Assembly (NCBI GenBank): GCA_963735595.1
Contig: CAVTLK010000002.1
Span: 480,001 to 544,000, forward strand
DNA: 64,000 nt
Source of the DNA: an uncultured delta proteobacterium
GTDB lineage: Bacteria > Desulfobacterota > Zymogenia > Zymogenales > Zymogenaceae
Reading direction: 5' to 3'
The notes below the pieces were generated by a model. That model was not told the DNA's origin. It did no database searches and saw only the letters and a program-made list of their open reading frames with translations. This document shows positions 1-9,900 of the stretch, one piece after another. Numbering within the stretch: position 1 is the first letter of the stretch; every line of letters starts with the position of its first letter. The position numbers and the translations under genes are program-made.

Positions 1-1345
1 AGACACAGGCCATGAAAAACCAGTACGGCTCCATGATCCTGACTATAATAAACGAGGCCGCGCCGACGCTGTGGCCCAAAAGGGCGGCGGTTCCGGTGAG
101 CATCCCGAGGGCAAGACCCTTCAGGAGTGGATCGCGGCTATCACGATAGACGGCATACAGATACAAGCCGATTACCCCGATGAGATAGAAAAAGGCAAAA
201 AGTCCTATCAGCCCCGTTTCGGCAAGTAACCGAAAGTAGGTGCTGTCGATAAGTCCGACCCCGGTGATTCCCCATCCAAACACGGGGCGCTGCCGCCACT
301 TATTAATCGAGTACTTGAACGAATAGATCCGCTCCGAGGTAGAACTGTCGAAACCGACGTCGCCGATCACCTGTGTTTTTTCGAAACCGGGGTCCGGCAC
401 GAAGGTCTCCATGACTCGCCCTTTGACCTTTTCCGGAAGAATAAACGGGGTCGCAAGGATAAAGACGAGCATTAGAAACGACAGGAGGAGCTTCTTGTTG
501 CTGAAGATGAACACCATAATGAACATCGGGATCGCGGCGAGGTATGAGCTGCGGGAAAGCGTGAAAAGGAAGGGAACGAATAGCAGACCGATAAAGCAGG
601 GCAGGATGATCTTGAGCCGCTCGTCCCGATTGACCGCCCAGAGGCCGGCCAGCACCGATATTATCAATATGAGGTACCCCCCCAGCGTATTGGGCTCGCC
701 GTTTGTGCCTTCAAACGGAGCGGTAACCCTATCCCCAAAGGGTATCTGGATAAAGGCGTACAGGGCCGTGAACAGCGCTACAATAAAGGCGGCGAGGACG
801 AACCTCCGGACCTGGTCTCGATCCGAGATGTTATTTGCGAACATAAAGAAGACAAGGAAATACTCCATATACTTGAAGACGTACAGGAGTCCGGACCCAA
901 GATTTACTTTGCCGAATATCGCCCCGAGAAGTGTCGCCACAAAGCAGACAAGGACGTAAACCTTGATAGGGCGGTTGAGGGGTGTCTTGACGATCAGCCC
1001 CACCCCCTCGTAGAGCGCGGTTTTGATGACCCAGGAGAAAAATGTGACGAGGATGATGATATCCTCAACCCGGAAAATGAGGCTTCTCTCCTCGGCAAGA
1101 TCGCCGCCGAAGGAAAACTCCGGGGAAAAGAGCATGGCAAATATGATGAGATAGAGGGCCATCTCGGTATTGAAGAAACAGATGGCCGAGGCCATGATCC
1201 CGAGTATGAGGATCACCATCTTGAGCTGCACCCCCCCGGATACCAGGAAGGCCAGCAGCACGATAAAGAAAAGCATGAGGCCGAGAACGACGAAGATAGA
1301 CGGGTTTACCGATCTCTTTTCGGATCTATGTCCGCCGATCCTCAT
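1..1345 (-). CDS. O-antigen ligase/Wzy polymerase-like integral membrane protein (3' end runs off the window)
   Basis: Manual minus-strand translation from the ATG at 1345: MRIGGHRSEK...MLFSPEFSFG...RVEDIIIL...YVFKYMEYFLVFF...RVTAPFEGTNGEPNTLGGYL. Many hydrophobic helices; lies directly downstream of wzc. Absent from the ORF track because no stop falls inside the window. Confidence 0.75.
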   Translation of the reverse strand, partial: MRIGGHRSEKRSVNPSIFVVLGLMLFFIVLLAFLVSGGVQLKMVILILGIMASAICFFNTEMALYLIIFAMLFSPEFSFGGDLAEERSLIFRVEDIIILVTFFSWVIKTALYEGVGLIVKTPLNRPIKVYVLVCFVATLLGAIFGKVNLGSGLLYVFKYMEYFLVFFMFANNISDRDQVRRFVLAAFIVALFTALYAFIQIPFGDRVTAPFEGTNGEPNTLGGYLILIISVLAGLWAVNRDERLKIILPCFIGLLFVPFLFTLSRSSYLAAIPMFIMVFIFSNKKLLLSFLMLVFILATPFILPEKVKGRVMETFVPDPGFEKTQVIGDVGFDSSTSERIYSFKYSINKWRQRPVFGWGITGVGLIDSTYFRLLAETGLIGLFAFFYLIGVIGLYLYAVYRDSRDPLLKGLALGMLTGTAALLGHSVGAASFIIVRIMEPYWFFMACV

Positions 1346-1361
1346 GATACGGGCCCGTCGC

Positions 1362-3620
1362 TCATTTCTTGTCTTCTTTTTTCCTTAGCGGCCGGGTAAG
1401 GTTCGCCACGACGTCCGCGACGGTCCGGGATAGCTGCCGGGGGGAGAGGGAATCCCTGAACTTCTCCCAGTCCGAGGCCCGTTTCGGCGGCTTACCCTCC
1501 TCGTAGTAATACTGGTAGTGATAGTCGTAGTACTCTGGACCGTATTCGGGGCGGACGTTATTAAGAATGATTCCGAGTATGTTCGCCTTGACGGTGGTGA
1601 GGTGCGACTTGGTCCGCTTAAGCACCCCGCGGGCGATCTTGCCAACCTCATAGAGGACGATGACGCCCTCTACCTTTTGGGAGAGGAGGACCGCGTCGGT
1701 AACCGGCAGGACCGGGGTCGAGTCGAAGATAATGAGGTCGTACTCGGCCTTGACCTCCTCGATAAACTTCGACATTTGGCGGGAGCTCAGCAGCTCGGCC
1801 GGGTTGGTCGGAAAGGCGCCGGAGGTAATAATGGTGAGATTGGCCAGCTCCGGGGACTTCATCAGCATGTCCATTTCCAATCCGCCCAGGAGGATATCGT
1901 TGATGTCCCGGGTAACCTGCCGCCACGGAACGATTCCAAGGACTACCTCCGAGAGGCCCGGAGAGCGTTCGATGCCGAATATTTTGGCGATCGTACCGCG
2001 CCGGAGGTCGGCCTCCACCAGCAGCGTCCGGTAACCGCCGAGGGCCAGTGTGATGGCGGTGTTGATGCTGTTAATGGTCTTGCCTTCCTGAAGCGAGGAG
2101 CTGGTGATCATGAAGGTTTTAATTCCCTTTTCCTGGTGCAGGAATACGATATTAGTGCGCAGCGACCGGTATGCCTCGATCACCGGTGATTTGGGAGGCA
2201 TCGTGATGATCAAAAGGGAGCTCTTTTGCTGATCGACGGGTGGTTCTTCCCCCTTTCGTTCGGTCTCCGTCGTAATCGAGGGGATTACCCCGAGTACGGG
2301 GAGTTCCAGGTAGCTTTCCACGTCCTCGATCGTTCCTATGGAAGTATCCATGTTCTCCATGACGATGGCAAAGAAGATGCCCAGGAACAGGCCGAGCAGC
2401 ATACCGATAAGGAGAGACGAGAATATCCTCGGCGAATTAATCGGGTTTTCCGGTGCGAGGGCGGGGGCTACGAGGGCCACCTCCACCACCATGCCTGACT
2501 CCTGGATAAGGATCTCCTGATACTTTGAGGAAAGCTCGGCATACAGGTTGCTCTGAAGCTCCACCTCGCGCTCGTATTTTGCCAGGTTGAGGTTATCGGC
2601 GGGGTACTCGGCCGCCCGTCCCTTGTACTTGCCGATATCTTTGTTAAGGCTCGCCATCCTGACCCCGTTGGAGGAGATTCGCGAGGCGACGTCGCTGTTA
2701 ATCAGCGCAAGGATATTATTGATCTTATCGTTGAGATCGATGATCTTGGGATGATTGACGGTATAGACCGTCATGAGCTCGTCGCGCTCAAGCTTGAGCT
2801 TCTGGAGCTCCGTATTCAGCGAGAAGAGGTTGCTGTGGACGTCTTCCTCGAGGATAGGGAATAGTTCTTTACCGCTTGTGTCTTTGGACGAAAGCCTCCT
2901 TTTGAAGGCGGACAGGTCGTCGTTCTCACGTCCGAGGCTTTCATATTCCGTTTCGAGGACGACCAATGAATTCAGGTCGTTGTTTGTCTGCGCATCGAGA
3001 ACGACGATGTTGCGTTCCTGTTGAAAGTTCTTAAGGTCTTCCTCGGCCTGTTTGAGACGTCCGGTGATCAGGTTGAGCTGCTTTTCTATGAACTCCTTTG
3101 TGTCGAGCGTCCGCGTATTGATCTGCTCGCGGTTATAGTCACGGTAGCTTTCCGCCACCGCATTAGCGATATCTGCGGCCATCTCGGGGTCAACGGAAGT
3201 AACCATGATGTTTATAATGTTCGTGTTTTCTTCTATCTCGCAGACGATCTGGCCCTCTAACCCCGAGATGACGGCCATATGCTCCTTTGATTTGAGGATC
3301 TCGGCAGGCGTGAGCTTCGAGTTGAGATAGCCGAGCTTCCGTGCGGCCTTTTCGAGAACCGGAAAGCTTGTGATGATCTTGGTCTGAGAGTTAATGTTGT
3401 CGTAGGGCGAGTAGTAGTAGACGGGCGACGTTATACCCGCAAGAGACCTGGTCTGGTCATACGAGACCTTGGCGACCGCCCGGTAGAGAAGGTTTGGGGA
3501 CTGTATCTTGGCAAAGACAACACTCAGGATGCCGAGCACAACCATCGAAAAGATAATGATATTTTTCCGTCGTCTCAGGATACGGATGAGGTCTTTGAGC
3601 TGTATCTCGTACTGGGGCAT
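1362..3620 (-). CDS. wzc: Polysaccharide co-polymerase / BY tyrosine kinase (Wzc/GumC family)
   Basis: N-terminal TM, coiled-coil periplasmic region, second TM, EAYRSLRTN, Walker A SSLQEGKT, LLVEADLRR, IIFDSTP and a C-terminal tyrosine cluster EYYDYHYQYYY. Confidence 0.92.
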   Translation of the reverse strand: MPQYEIQLKDLIRILRRRKNIIIFSMVVLGILSVVFAKIQSPNLLYRAVAKVSYDQTRSLAGITSPVYYYSPYDNINSQTKIITSFPVLEKAARKLGYLNSKLTPAEILKSKEHMAVISGLEGQIVCEIEENTNIINIMVTSVDPEMAADIANAVAESYRDYNREQINTRTLDTKEFIEKQLNLITGRLKQAEEDLKNFQQERNIVVLDAQTNNDLNSLVVLETEYESLGRENDDLSAFKRRLSSKDTSGKELFPILEEDVHSNLFSLNTELQKLKLERDELMTVYTVNHPKIIDLNDKINNILALINSDVASRISSNGVRMASLNKDIGKYKGRAAEYPADNLNLAKYEREVELQSNLYAELSSKYQEILIQESGMVVEVALVAPALAPENPINSPRIFSSLLIGMLLGLFLGIFFAIVMENMDTSIGTIEDVESYLELPVLGVIPSITTETERKGEEPPVDQQKSSLLIITMPPKSPVIEAYRSLRTNIVFLHQEKGIKTFMITSSSLQEGKTINSINTAITLALGGYRTLLVEADLRRGTIAKIFGIERSPGLSEVVLGIVPWRQVTRDINDILLGGLEMDMLMKSPELANLTIITSGAFPTNPAELLSSRQMSKFIEEVKAEYDLIIFDSTPVLPVTDAVLLSQKVEGVIVLYEVGKIARGVLKRTKSHLTTVKANILGIILNNVRPEYGPEYYDYHYQYYYEEGKPPKRASDWEKFRDSLSPRQLSRTVADVVANLTRPLRKKEDKK

Positions 3621-3722
3621 AGCATTGTCTCACATTCGGTTTGTTCGCGTTGCCCCGCGTCAATCCGGGCAATCGGTCAGCGCGAGATGTAACGCGAAGA
3701 AAATCCCCCCGATGGGGCGGCC

Positions 3723-4406
3723 CTATAAACCAAGCACCGAGCCAAGCACAAATATGTCCAGGATCGGCTTTATCTGCATAATGAAGTAATTGATGTCGGA
3801 AATTACCGTAGACGGTACAAAGATGATGTCCCCGGCCTGGAGCATAACGTTTTCCGAAAGGTCACCCTTATGAAATATTCTTGAGGCGTTGGCAACGATA
3901 ACCGTGGGATTGTTGTTGTAATCGCCCCGAATAACCAGGGTATTGTGAAGTTTCGCGGCCCGCGTCGGTCCTCCGCCGGCCGCGAGCATGGAGACCAGGG
4001 TCCGGCCTTTATCCAGCTCATAAACCCCGGGATTTTTTACTTCGCCGATCAGGTAGACGACTGCCGCGAGAGAAGCGGTAAGCCTCGGATTCACGTAGTA
4101 GGTGGAAACCTCTCTGGTCAGGTACTCCTTTAATTCGGCTTCCGTGAGGCCGACCACCTTGAGGCCGGTCATGAACATGAGGTCTATCGTACCGTCGCTT
4201 TTCACCTGGGCCTCAAGTTCTTTAGGCTGGTCAACTTCCCATATGGTGACATGGATCGTATCACCGGGCGTGATCCGATGCTGATACATCGCGGCCTTTT
4301 CGGGTGTCGAGGACAGCGTGTCGGCCTCGATACTTCTCGTTGAAGCGCAGGAAGTAATAACCAGCGCGGCACAGATCATAATAGTGATGAGTATGTTCCT
4401 TTTCAT
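3723..4406 (-). CDS. wza: Polysaccharide export lipoprotein (Wza/Poly_export + SLBB)
   Basis: Lipobox-like LVITSC, ITPGDTIHVTIW...VKSDGTIDL, VYLIGEVKNPGVYEL, LQAGDIIFVP. Confidence 0.88.
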   Translation of the reverse strand: MKRNILITIMICAALVITSCASTRSIEADTLSSTPEKAAMYQHRITPGDTIHVTIWEVDQPKELEAQVKSDGTIDLMFMTGLKVVGLTEAELKEYLTREVSTYYVNPRLTASLAAVVYLIGEVKNPGVYELDKGRTLVSMLAAGGGPTRAAKLHNTLVIRGDYNNNPTVIVANASRIFHKGDLSENVMLQAGDIIFVPSTVISDINYFIMQIKPILDIFVLGSVLGL

Positions 4407-4415
4407 GTCGTCCCT

Positions 4416-5459
4416 TTAGGTGAAGGTTCGCTCGTCAACAGGCTCTGCAATATAGAGGAGATGCTCCTCCATAAGGTTTACCGTCTTGGGTTTGATCAGG
4501 CGCTCGCCGTCGGGGCCAAACAGGACCTGCACAACGTGCCGAAAATGGGCTTTGCTCATTGTTGCGATGACCCTGCCGACCTCCCGATTGTTGAGCCGAA
4601 CGAAACTCCCCACCGGAAACATAGTAACTTCTTCGAGGAAGGCCTTGACAATCCTCGTGTCGAACTTACCTCTCATTTTTTCGAGGATTTCCTTTATCGC
4701 CGTAAGCGGGAGCACGCGCTGACGATATGGCCGGATATGAGTCATCGCCTCGTAGCAGTCGGCAAGTCCGACGATCCGGGCAAAGAGCGATACTTCGTTT
4801 CCCGCCAGAGCGTTTGGGTAGCCGGACCCGTCCAGGCGCTCGTGCTCCTGATAGGCCGTATCCGAGAGGTAGCGGTAGGGCTCCGGGAGGTTGAGCAGGA
4901 TTTCTTTACCGTAGTCCGGGTGCTTTTCAATCTGCCGGCGTTCGGAGTCGGAGTACCTTTCTTTCTTGCCGAGTATTCCGTTTTGGAGTTGGGTGATACC
5001 GATGTCATGAAAAAGGCCGGCCAGAAAAAGACTGCACTGTTCTTTATTCGAGAGCCCGAGCCGTTTGCCGATCTTGATGGAAATCAACGCGGTCCAGAGG
5101 CAATTCTTGAGATAGTCCGTTTCGTCGTAATCTCTGTACTCCTGAAGCATGTAGATATTGTTGTATTTATCAACGGAACTGACGAATTTTTCAGCCAGCG
5201 GCTCAAAGGTATCGATTGAAAAAATCTTTCCATTCCGGATTACGGAAAAAGCGCGTTCGAGGGCCGCAATCGTTCTTTCGAGGAAGATCTTGGCCTCCTC
5301 TTCTTCCATAGTGGTAGGAGCACGCAGTCCCGGAGATATCCGTTCGCCCATAATATCGTCGGCGGTCAGGACGTCGCTGATGGATACGCGGGTCTGCCCG
5401 GTTCCCTTAGGCTTGTTGATGAGCTCTTGGTTTTTGATAATGTCTGATATCCGTACCAT
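4416..5459 (-). CDS. HD-GYP domain protein (possibly degenerate)
   Basis: GLFHDIG, HPDYG, EHERLDGSGYP, ADCYEAMTHIRPYR. Confidence 0.9.
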   Translation of the reverse strand: MVRISDIIKNQELINKPKGTGQTRVSISDVLTADDIMGERISPGLRAPTTMEEEEAKIFLERTIAALERAFSVIRNGKIFSIDTFEPLAEKFVSSVDKYNNIYMLQEYRDYDETDYLKNCLWTALISIKIGKRLGLSNKEQCSLFLAGLFHDIGITQLQNGILGKKERYSDSERRQIEKHPDYGKEILLNLPEPYRYLSDTAYQEHERLDGSGYPNALAGNEVSLFARIVGLADCYEAMTHIRPYRQRVLPLTAIKEILEKMRGKFDTRIVKAFLEEVTMFPVGSFVRLNNREVGRVIATMSKAHFRHVVQVLFGPDGERLIKPKTVNLMEEHLLYIAEPVDERTFT

Positions 5460-6255
5460 CTATGCTCTCGTCAATGAGGTTGGCGATGATCTTTGAATCT
5501 ATACTGGTGGCTTTCTCGCTCCAGCCGACCAAAAGACCCATATCGCAAATGTTATTGATCTTACGCGGTATCCCGTCGGAATAGTGATAGATCTTCTCAA
5601 TTGCCTCGGTGGTAAAGATGTTCTTCGCAAGTCCCGCGCGCTTGAGCCTATAACCGATGTATCTAACCGTTTCATCATGGTTGAGGCGCGTCAGGTGGTA
5701 GCGGATGGCGATGCGCTGCTCGAATTGCGGAATCGTCCCTACCACGTCTCTCAGCTCGGGCTGTCCCATGAGGATAAGGGTCAGGAGGAAACGGTTGTTC
5801 AGCTGGAAATTCAATAAGAGCCTCAGCTCCTCAAAAGTTGATTTGTCTCCAATGAGCTGGGCCTCGTCAATGATAATGACGGAGTCTTTTTCCGCGGCAA
5901 GGTTCTTGAAAAGAATCCGGTTGAGGGAATGCAGGAGGTCCATTTTGTTCTTCCCCTCCGCCTGCCCGATAAACTGGTAAATAATCTCCTGGATAAAGAG
6001 GGAAGGGGAGAGCCTCGGGTTCTCGATGATCGCCACTTCGTAGTTTTCGGGGGGCAGACTCTGGAGCAGGGTTCGGGCAAGCGTCGTTTTGCCACTCCCG
6101 ACCTCGCCGGAGAGCATGATACAACCCTTTCTCCGCGATATTCCGTAGAGCATCCGCGAGAGGGCCTCTTTGTGCTGAGGCGACTCATAGAGGAACGAGG
6201 GGTCGGGTACGTTTTCGAACGGGGCCTCGGTCAGCCCCCAATATTTCTCATACAT
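5407..6255 (-). CDS. ExeA/GspA-like AAA+ ATPase (short form, no C-terminal peptidoglycan-binding domain)
   Basis: MYEKYWGLTEAPFENVPDP, Walker A GEVGSGKT, IIIDEAQ, LMGQPEL, SDGIPRKINNICD. Start placed at the ATG at 6255. Confidence 0.88.
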   Translation of the reverse strand: MYEKYWGLTEAPFENVPDPSFLYESPQHKEALSRMLYGISRRKGCIMLSGEVGSGKTTLARTLLQSLPPENYEVAIIENPRLSPSLFIQEIIYQFIGQAEGKNKMDLLHSLNRILFKNLAAEKDSVIIIDEAQLIGDKSTFEELRLLLNFQLNNRFLLTLILMGQPELRDVVGTIPQFEQRIAIRYHLTRLNHDETVRYIGYRLKRAGLAKNIFTTEAIEKIYHYSDGIPRKINNICDMGLLVGWSEKATSIDSKIIANLIDESIDGTDIRHYQKPRAHQQA

Positions 6256-6478
6256 CGCTTCACCTATACCGTCACTATCCGAGCGCACTGAACGTATTCC
6301 GAGTGCGGTCCATATTATTACAGTATATTAGTAATATATACTATAAGTATATATAAGTCTATTTCTTTTTAGCTCACTCATTTCCACGCGGACGTATATC
6401 CTCAGTCAATCTATCGTTATCGGATCATGCGCCAGGCGCGAAACGATCACGTATCCTGTAAGCACATATATGATTAAA

Positions 6479-6494
6479 AGCAAATTACATGCCA
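6479..6494 (-). promoter_or_regulatory. Sigma-54 (-24/-12) promoter of the exeA-HD-GYP-wza-wzc operon
   Basis: Minus strand TGGCATG-TAAT-TTGCT matches TGGCACG-N4-TTGCW; lies about 225 nt upstream of the ATG. Confidence 0.8.
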
Positions 6495-6541
6495 CATTGG
6501 TGATATCGTGTCAAATAAGCTATTCTTACTATCTTCAATTA

Positions 6542-6554
6542 TATCAATTAGTTA
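6542..6554 (+). promoter_or_regulatory. IHF-like binding site
   Basis: TATCAATTAGTTA matches WATCAA-N4-TTR and lies between the sigma-54 promoter and upstream palindromes. Confidence 0.55.
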
Positions 6555-6606
6555 ACGGAAGGGGAGCTCATCGGGGTGATGAAAGGCTCTGCGTGTGTGC
6601 TATTAA

Positions 6607-6784
6607 TGCAACATTTTTTGCAGAGGGATACGCACTATTGTACAATTATTTTGCAGGGAAAGGACCACGTGGGAAAGAGACATTTAACTATTCAATATTC
6701 TTAGTATATATTATGGGTATTCATTGTGTTGCCTGGGGCCGTGATAATCAGCGTTAAGATTCAAAACTGCAACATTAATGTTGC
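6607..6784. promoter_or_regulatory. Candidate upstream activator (enhancer) palindromes
   Basis: TGCAACATTTTTTGCA (6607-6622), TGTACAATTATTTTGCA (6639-6655) and the perfect palindrome GCAACATTAATGTTGC (6769-6784). Confidence 0.5.
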
Positions 6785-6866
6785 TCTCAATTACACATAA
6801 AGAAACACCACGAGACCGTTCATGTCCGGACGCCGGTACAGCAGTACGACCGGTCTACTCGAAGGC

Positions 6867-9056
6867 CTATTCCTTATTCTTAATCAGATGGTGCTTCTGC
6901 ATCTTCCGCCACAGGGTCGTTCGATTAATATTAAGCGCGCGGGCCGCAAGCCCCCGGTTTCCTTTATAGCGGTTTAGGACTTCCTGGATCATCTTTTTCT
7001 CCGACCCCTCTATCTCGTCCTTGAACGAGGTATACTCGTCTTCTTCGCCGTCCTTCGGCAGCAGCTCTCGGGGAAGATGGCGTCGGGTAATAGTATCACC
7101 TGAGGAAACGACGAGCATGCGTTCGATGATATTCTCAAGCTCGCGGATATTTCCGGGAAATTCATGGCTCATCAGGACATCCATCACGTCATCCGATACG
7201 GTCACAACGGGCTTACCCATCCTGATGGATAGCTTCTTGAGGAAATGCGTGATAAGGAGCGGGATATCCTCGCGGCGCTCTCTCATCTCGGGGAGGGCTA
7301 TCCGTACCACGTTGACGCGATAGTAGAGGTCCTCGCGAAAATTACCGAGCCCCACCTCCATCCCGAGGTCCCGGTTGGTGGCGCAGATAATCCGCGCGTC
7401 CAGGTCGTACGAGGTGATCGATCCCAGAGGCTCATAGCGGCGTTGTTCGAGGACGCGGACCAGCTTGACCTGCAGCGGCTTTGCGAGCTCTCCGATCTCA
7501 TCCAGGAGGATAGTTCCGCCTCCGGCGGCGGTAAACCTCCCGACCTTATCCCGGACGGCATCGGTAAAGGCCCCCTTCACATATCCAAAGAGCTCCGATT
7601 CAATGAGGCTTTCGGGTATTGCCGCGCAGTTGACTGCCACGAACGGGCCGTTCTTTCGGGGCGAGAGGCTATGAATCGCCCTGGCAAACAATTCCTTCCC
7701 TGTGCCGCTTTTCCCCTCTATGAGCACGGTGCTGTCGCTTTCCGCAACGGCCGGCAGGATTGCGAATATCTCGCGCATCTTTTTGTTCTTGCTTACGATA
7801 TCGAGAAATGTGTATTTCTCATCGATCTCTTTTTTCAGGTCTCTAATGGCCGTAAGGTCCCGAAAGGTTACTACCGCGCCGATCCCCTTTCCTGACGTAT
7901 CGGATACGTGTGAAACCGAAAGTGAAACCGGTACGGCGGTCTTATTGCGCGCGATGAACTCATCATCCTGATCCAGAAGATCAAGGCCCGTATCGCACGA
8001 CTGAATAAGGGCGGAGGTATTCCTGCCGGCCCCATAGAGTGTCTCGCTGTAATGGCGCTTAAGGGCTTTCCTGTGGGGGATCCCGAGGATCTTTTCGGCC
8101 GCCGCGTTAAAATAGGTGATTATTCCGGCCGCGTCGATAATGAATACGCCGTCCGCGACGGTGTTGAGCGTTTTGTCTATTACGCGCTTGCGGGTCGTAA
8201 TATCTCTGACGATCCCCTGATAACCGATTATGGCCCCCGATCCGTCTCTAATAGCGACGGCGGAGATAAGACAGTCCAACGGGGTGCCGTCTTTCCGAAC
8301 AAGGACGGCCTCGTGGTCTTTTACCGAGCCCTGGCGGTCGATGCGTTCCATAAACAGCGGCCAGGCCTTGGGGTCTTGGAATATGTCGCCGGGATGGCGC
8401 GCAGCGATATCGTCCTCACCGAATCCAAAGAGCTCCAGTCCCGCCCGATTGATTTCGAAGGAGTCCCGATCCGTCGAAGCGATTATAACGGCGTCGGTCG
8501 AGGTTTCAAAGAGGTTCCTCCACTTATGTTCCGATTCTCTCAACGACGCCTCGGCCCGCAGCCGTTCGGCGGCCTCACGGGTGAGGCGTTCGTTCGCCGC
8601 CTCCAGGTCTGCCGTCCTCTCCCGCACGCGCCGCTCGAGGGAATCGCGGGCGGCCCGCAGCGAATCCTCGATGCGCTTGCGTTCCAACGCGTATCGAAGG
8701 GTACGCACCAGGATATCGGGGGTGATTTTCCCTTTTGTCAGGTAATCCTGGGCGCCTTCCTTGAGGGCACGTACCGCCGTTTCCTCGTCGTCGACGGCCG
8801 AACATATCACAATGGGCTCGTGACTGAGACCCTCTGCGACCGCCCGGAACGTCGGCAGTCCCTCGCTGTCGGGCAGATTCAGGTCCAACAGGACGATATC
8901 CGGCGGGTTTGACCGGATGCCGGCTAATCCCTCGGAGAGGGTCCCGGCGGTTGAAAGGACGAACTGCGGGGATTGCGCCTCGGAGAGGATGTCGGAGATA
9001 ATGCGCCGATCCCAGGAATTGTCCTCGATGTGCAGAATACTAACCGATTCAGTCAC
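6867..9056 (-). CDS. Sigma-54 enhancer-binding protein (REC-PAS-PAS-AAA+-Fis HTH)
   Basis: ILHIEDN/VLLDLNLP receiver, two PAS-like segments, GKSGTGKELFA, ESELFGYVKGAFTDA, FREDLYYRVNV, FPGNIRELEN, LNINRTTLWRKM. Likely GTG start at 9056 after GGAAGAGG. Confidence 0.92.
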   Translation of the reverse strand: MTESVSILHIEDNSWDRRIISDILSEAQSPQFVLSTAGTLSEGLAGIRSNPPDIVLLDLNLPDSEGLPTFRAVAEGLSHEPIVICSAVDDEETAVRALKEGAQDYLTKGKITPDILVRTLRYALERKRIEDSLRAARDSLERRVRERTADLEAANERLTREAAERLRAEASLRESEHKWRNLFETSTDAVIIASTDRDSFEINRAGLELFGFGEDDIAARHPGDIFQDPKAWPLFMERIDRQGSVKDHEAVLVRKDGTPLDCLISAVAIRDGSGAIIGYQGIVRDITTRKRVIDKTLNTVADGVFIIDAAGIITYFNAAAEKILGIPHRKALKRHYSETLYGAGRNTSALIQSCDTGLDLLDQDDEFIARNKTAVPVSLSVSHVSDTSGKGIGAVVTFRDLTAIRDLKKEIDEKYTFLDIVSKNKKMREIFAILPAVAESDSTVLIEGKSGTGKELFARAIHSLSPRKNGPFVAVNCAAIPESLIESELFGYVKGAFTDAVRDKVGRFTAAGGGTILLDEIGELAKPLQVKLVRVLEQRRYEPLGSITSYDLDARIICATNRDLGMEVGLGNFREDLYYRVNVVRIALPEMRERREDIPLLITHFLKKLSIRMGKPVVTVSDDVMDVLMSHEFPGNIRELENIIERMLVVSSGDTITRRHLPRELLPKDGEEDEYTSFKDEIEGSEKKMIQEVLNRYKGNRGLAARALNINRTTLWRKMQKHHLIKNKE

Positions 9057-9192
9057 CGATTGCCTCTTCCTATCGCTAAATATTTCACTGGATCCGTGAA
9101 TTATATGGTATACGTATAACGTATGTAAAGCATTAATATTTTGCACCAATACTGTAGATGCGGCACCGCTTGTTAATAAATGAGCTGCTTGG

Positions 9193-9885
9193 GTGTGCAT
9201 TATGTCGGCGCTGAAGCTATCCGATTATTACTGGCTGGTGAAGTTCTTTCCTCAAAAAAAAATGAGGAATATCTCGCCGTCGCTCTCAGGTGTGCTGCTG
9301 GACGTTGGAATCGCAGATAACCCGTATACGGATATTTTCGGCTCGTACGTGAGTCGGTATATCGCCCTGGATATCTTATGGAATACCGCCATTGACGTGC
9401 AGGCCGACGCAGTCCATCTTCCATTTCAAAACGGAAGCATCGACGTTGTCCTCTGCGTTGATGCGCTCTACTTTATTCCGGAGCCGTGGAAAGCCTTCTC
9501 GGAATTCGAGCGCGTTCTCAAACCGGGCGGTCGTCTTGTTGTCTTTGCGAGTCAATCCTGGCGCACCATGGACGAAAAGACCGACTATTATCGGTTCACG
9601 AAGAACGGCCTTTCATACCTTGCGCAAAGGGCGGGGTTGCAGGTCATCGAGTCAAAACCGTTAGATGGATTTTGGGCGAAGATGGGGGCGCAGGTAAACT
9701 ACTATCTATTCAGAATTCAGAAGAAAAGCGTGTTGTGGAGCTTCCTGTTCAGGGCAGTATACGCATGCAACAATGCTTTCTTTTATTTTCTTAATAAGAT
9801 TAATAATATCGAAACGGATACAATAAATAACTCGCTTATTGCCGTCAAGAGGAATGTGACCGAGGGCAGCGATCGCTCCCTTTGA
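9193..9885 (+). CDS. Class I SAM-dependent methyltransferase
   Basis: LLDVG, ADAVHLPFQNGSIDVVLC, RVLKPGGRL, DYYRFT. Confidence 0.8.
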   Translation: MCIMSALKLSDYYWLVKFFPQKKMRNISPSLSGVLLDVGIADNPYTDIFGSYVSRYIALDILWNTAIDVQADAVHLPFQNGSIDVVLCVDALYFIPEPWKAFSEFERVLKPGGRLVVFASQSWRTMDEKTDYYRFTKNGLSYLAQRAGLQVIESKPLDGFWAKMGAQVNYYLFRIQKKSVLWSFLFRAVYACNNAFFYFLNKINNIETDTINNSLIAVKRNVTEGSDRSL

Positions 9886-9900
9886 CGAGAGAAAGGCGTT

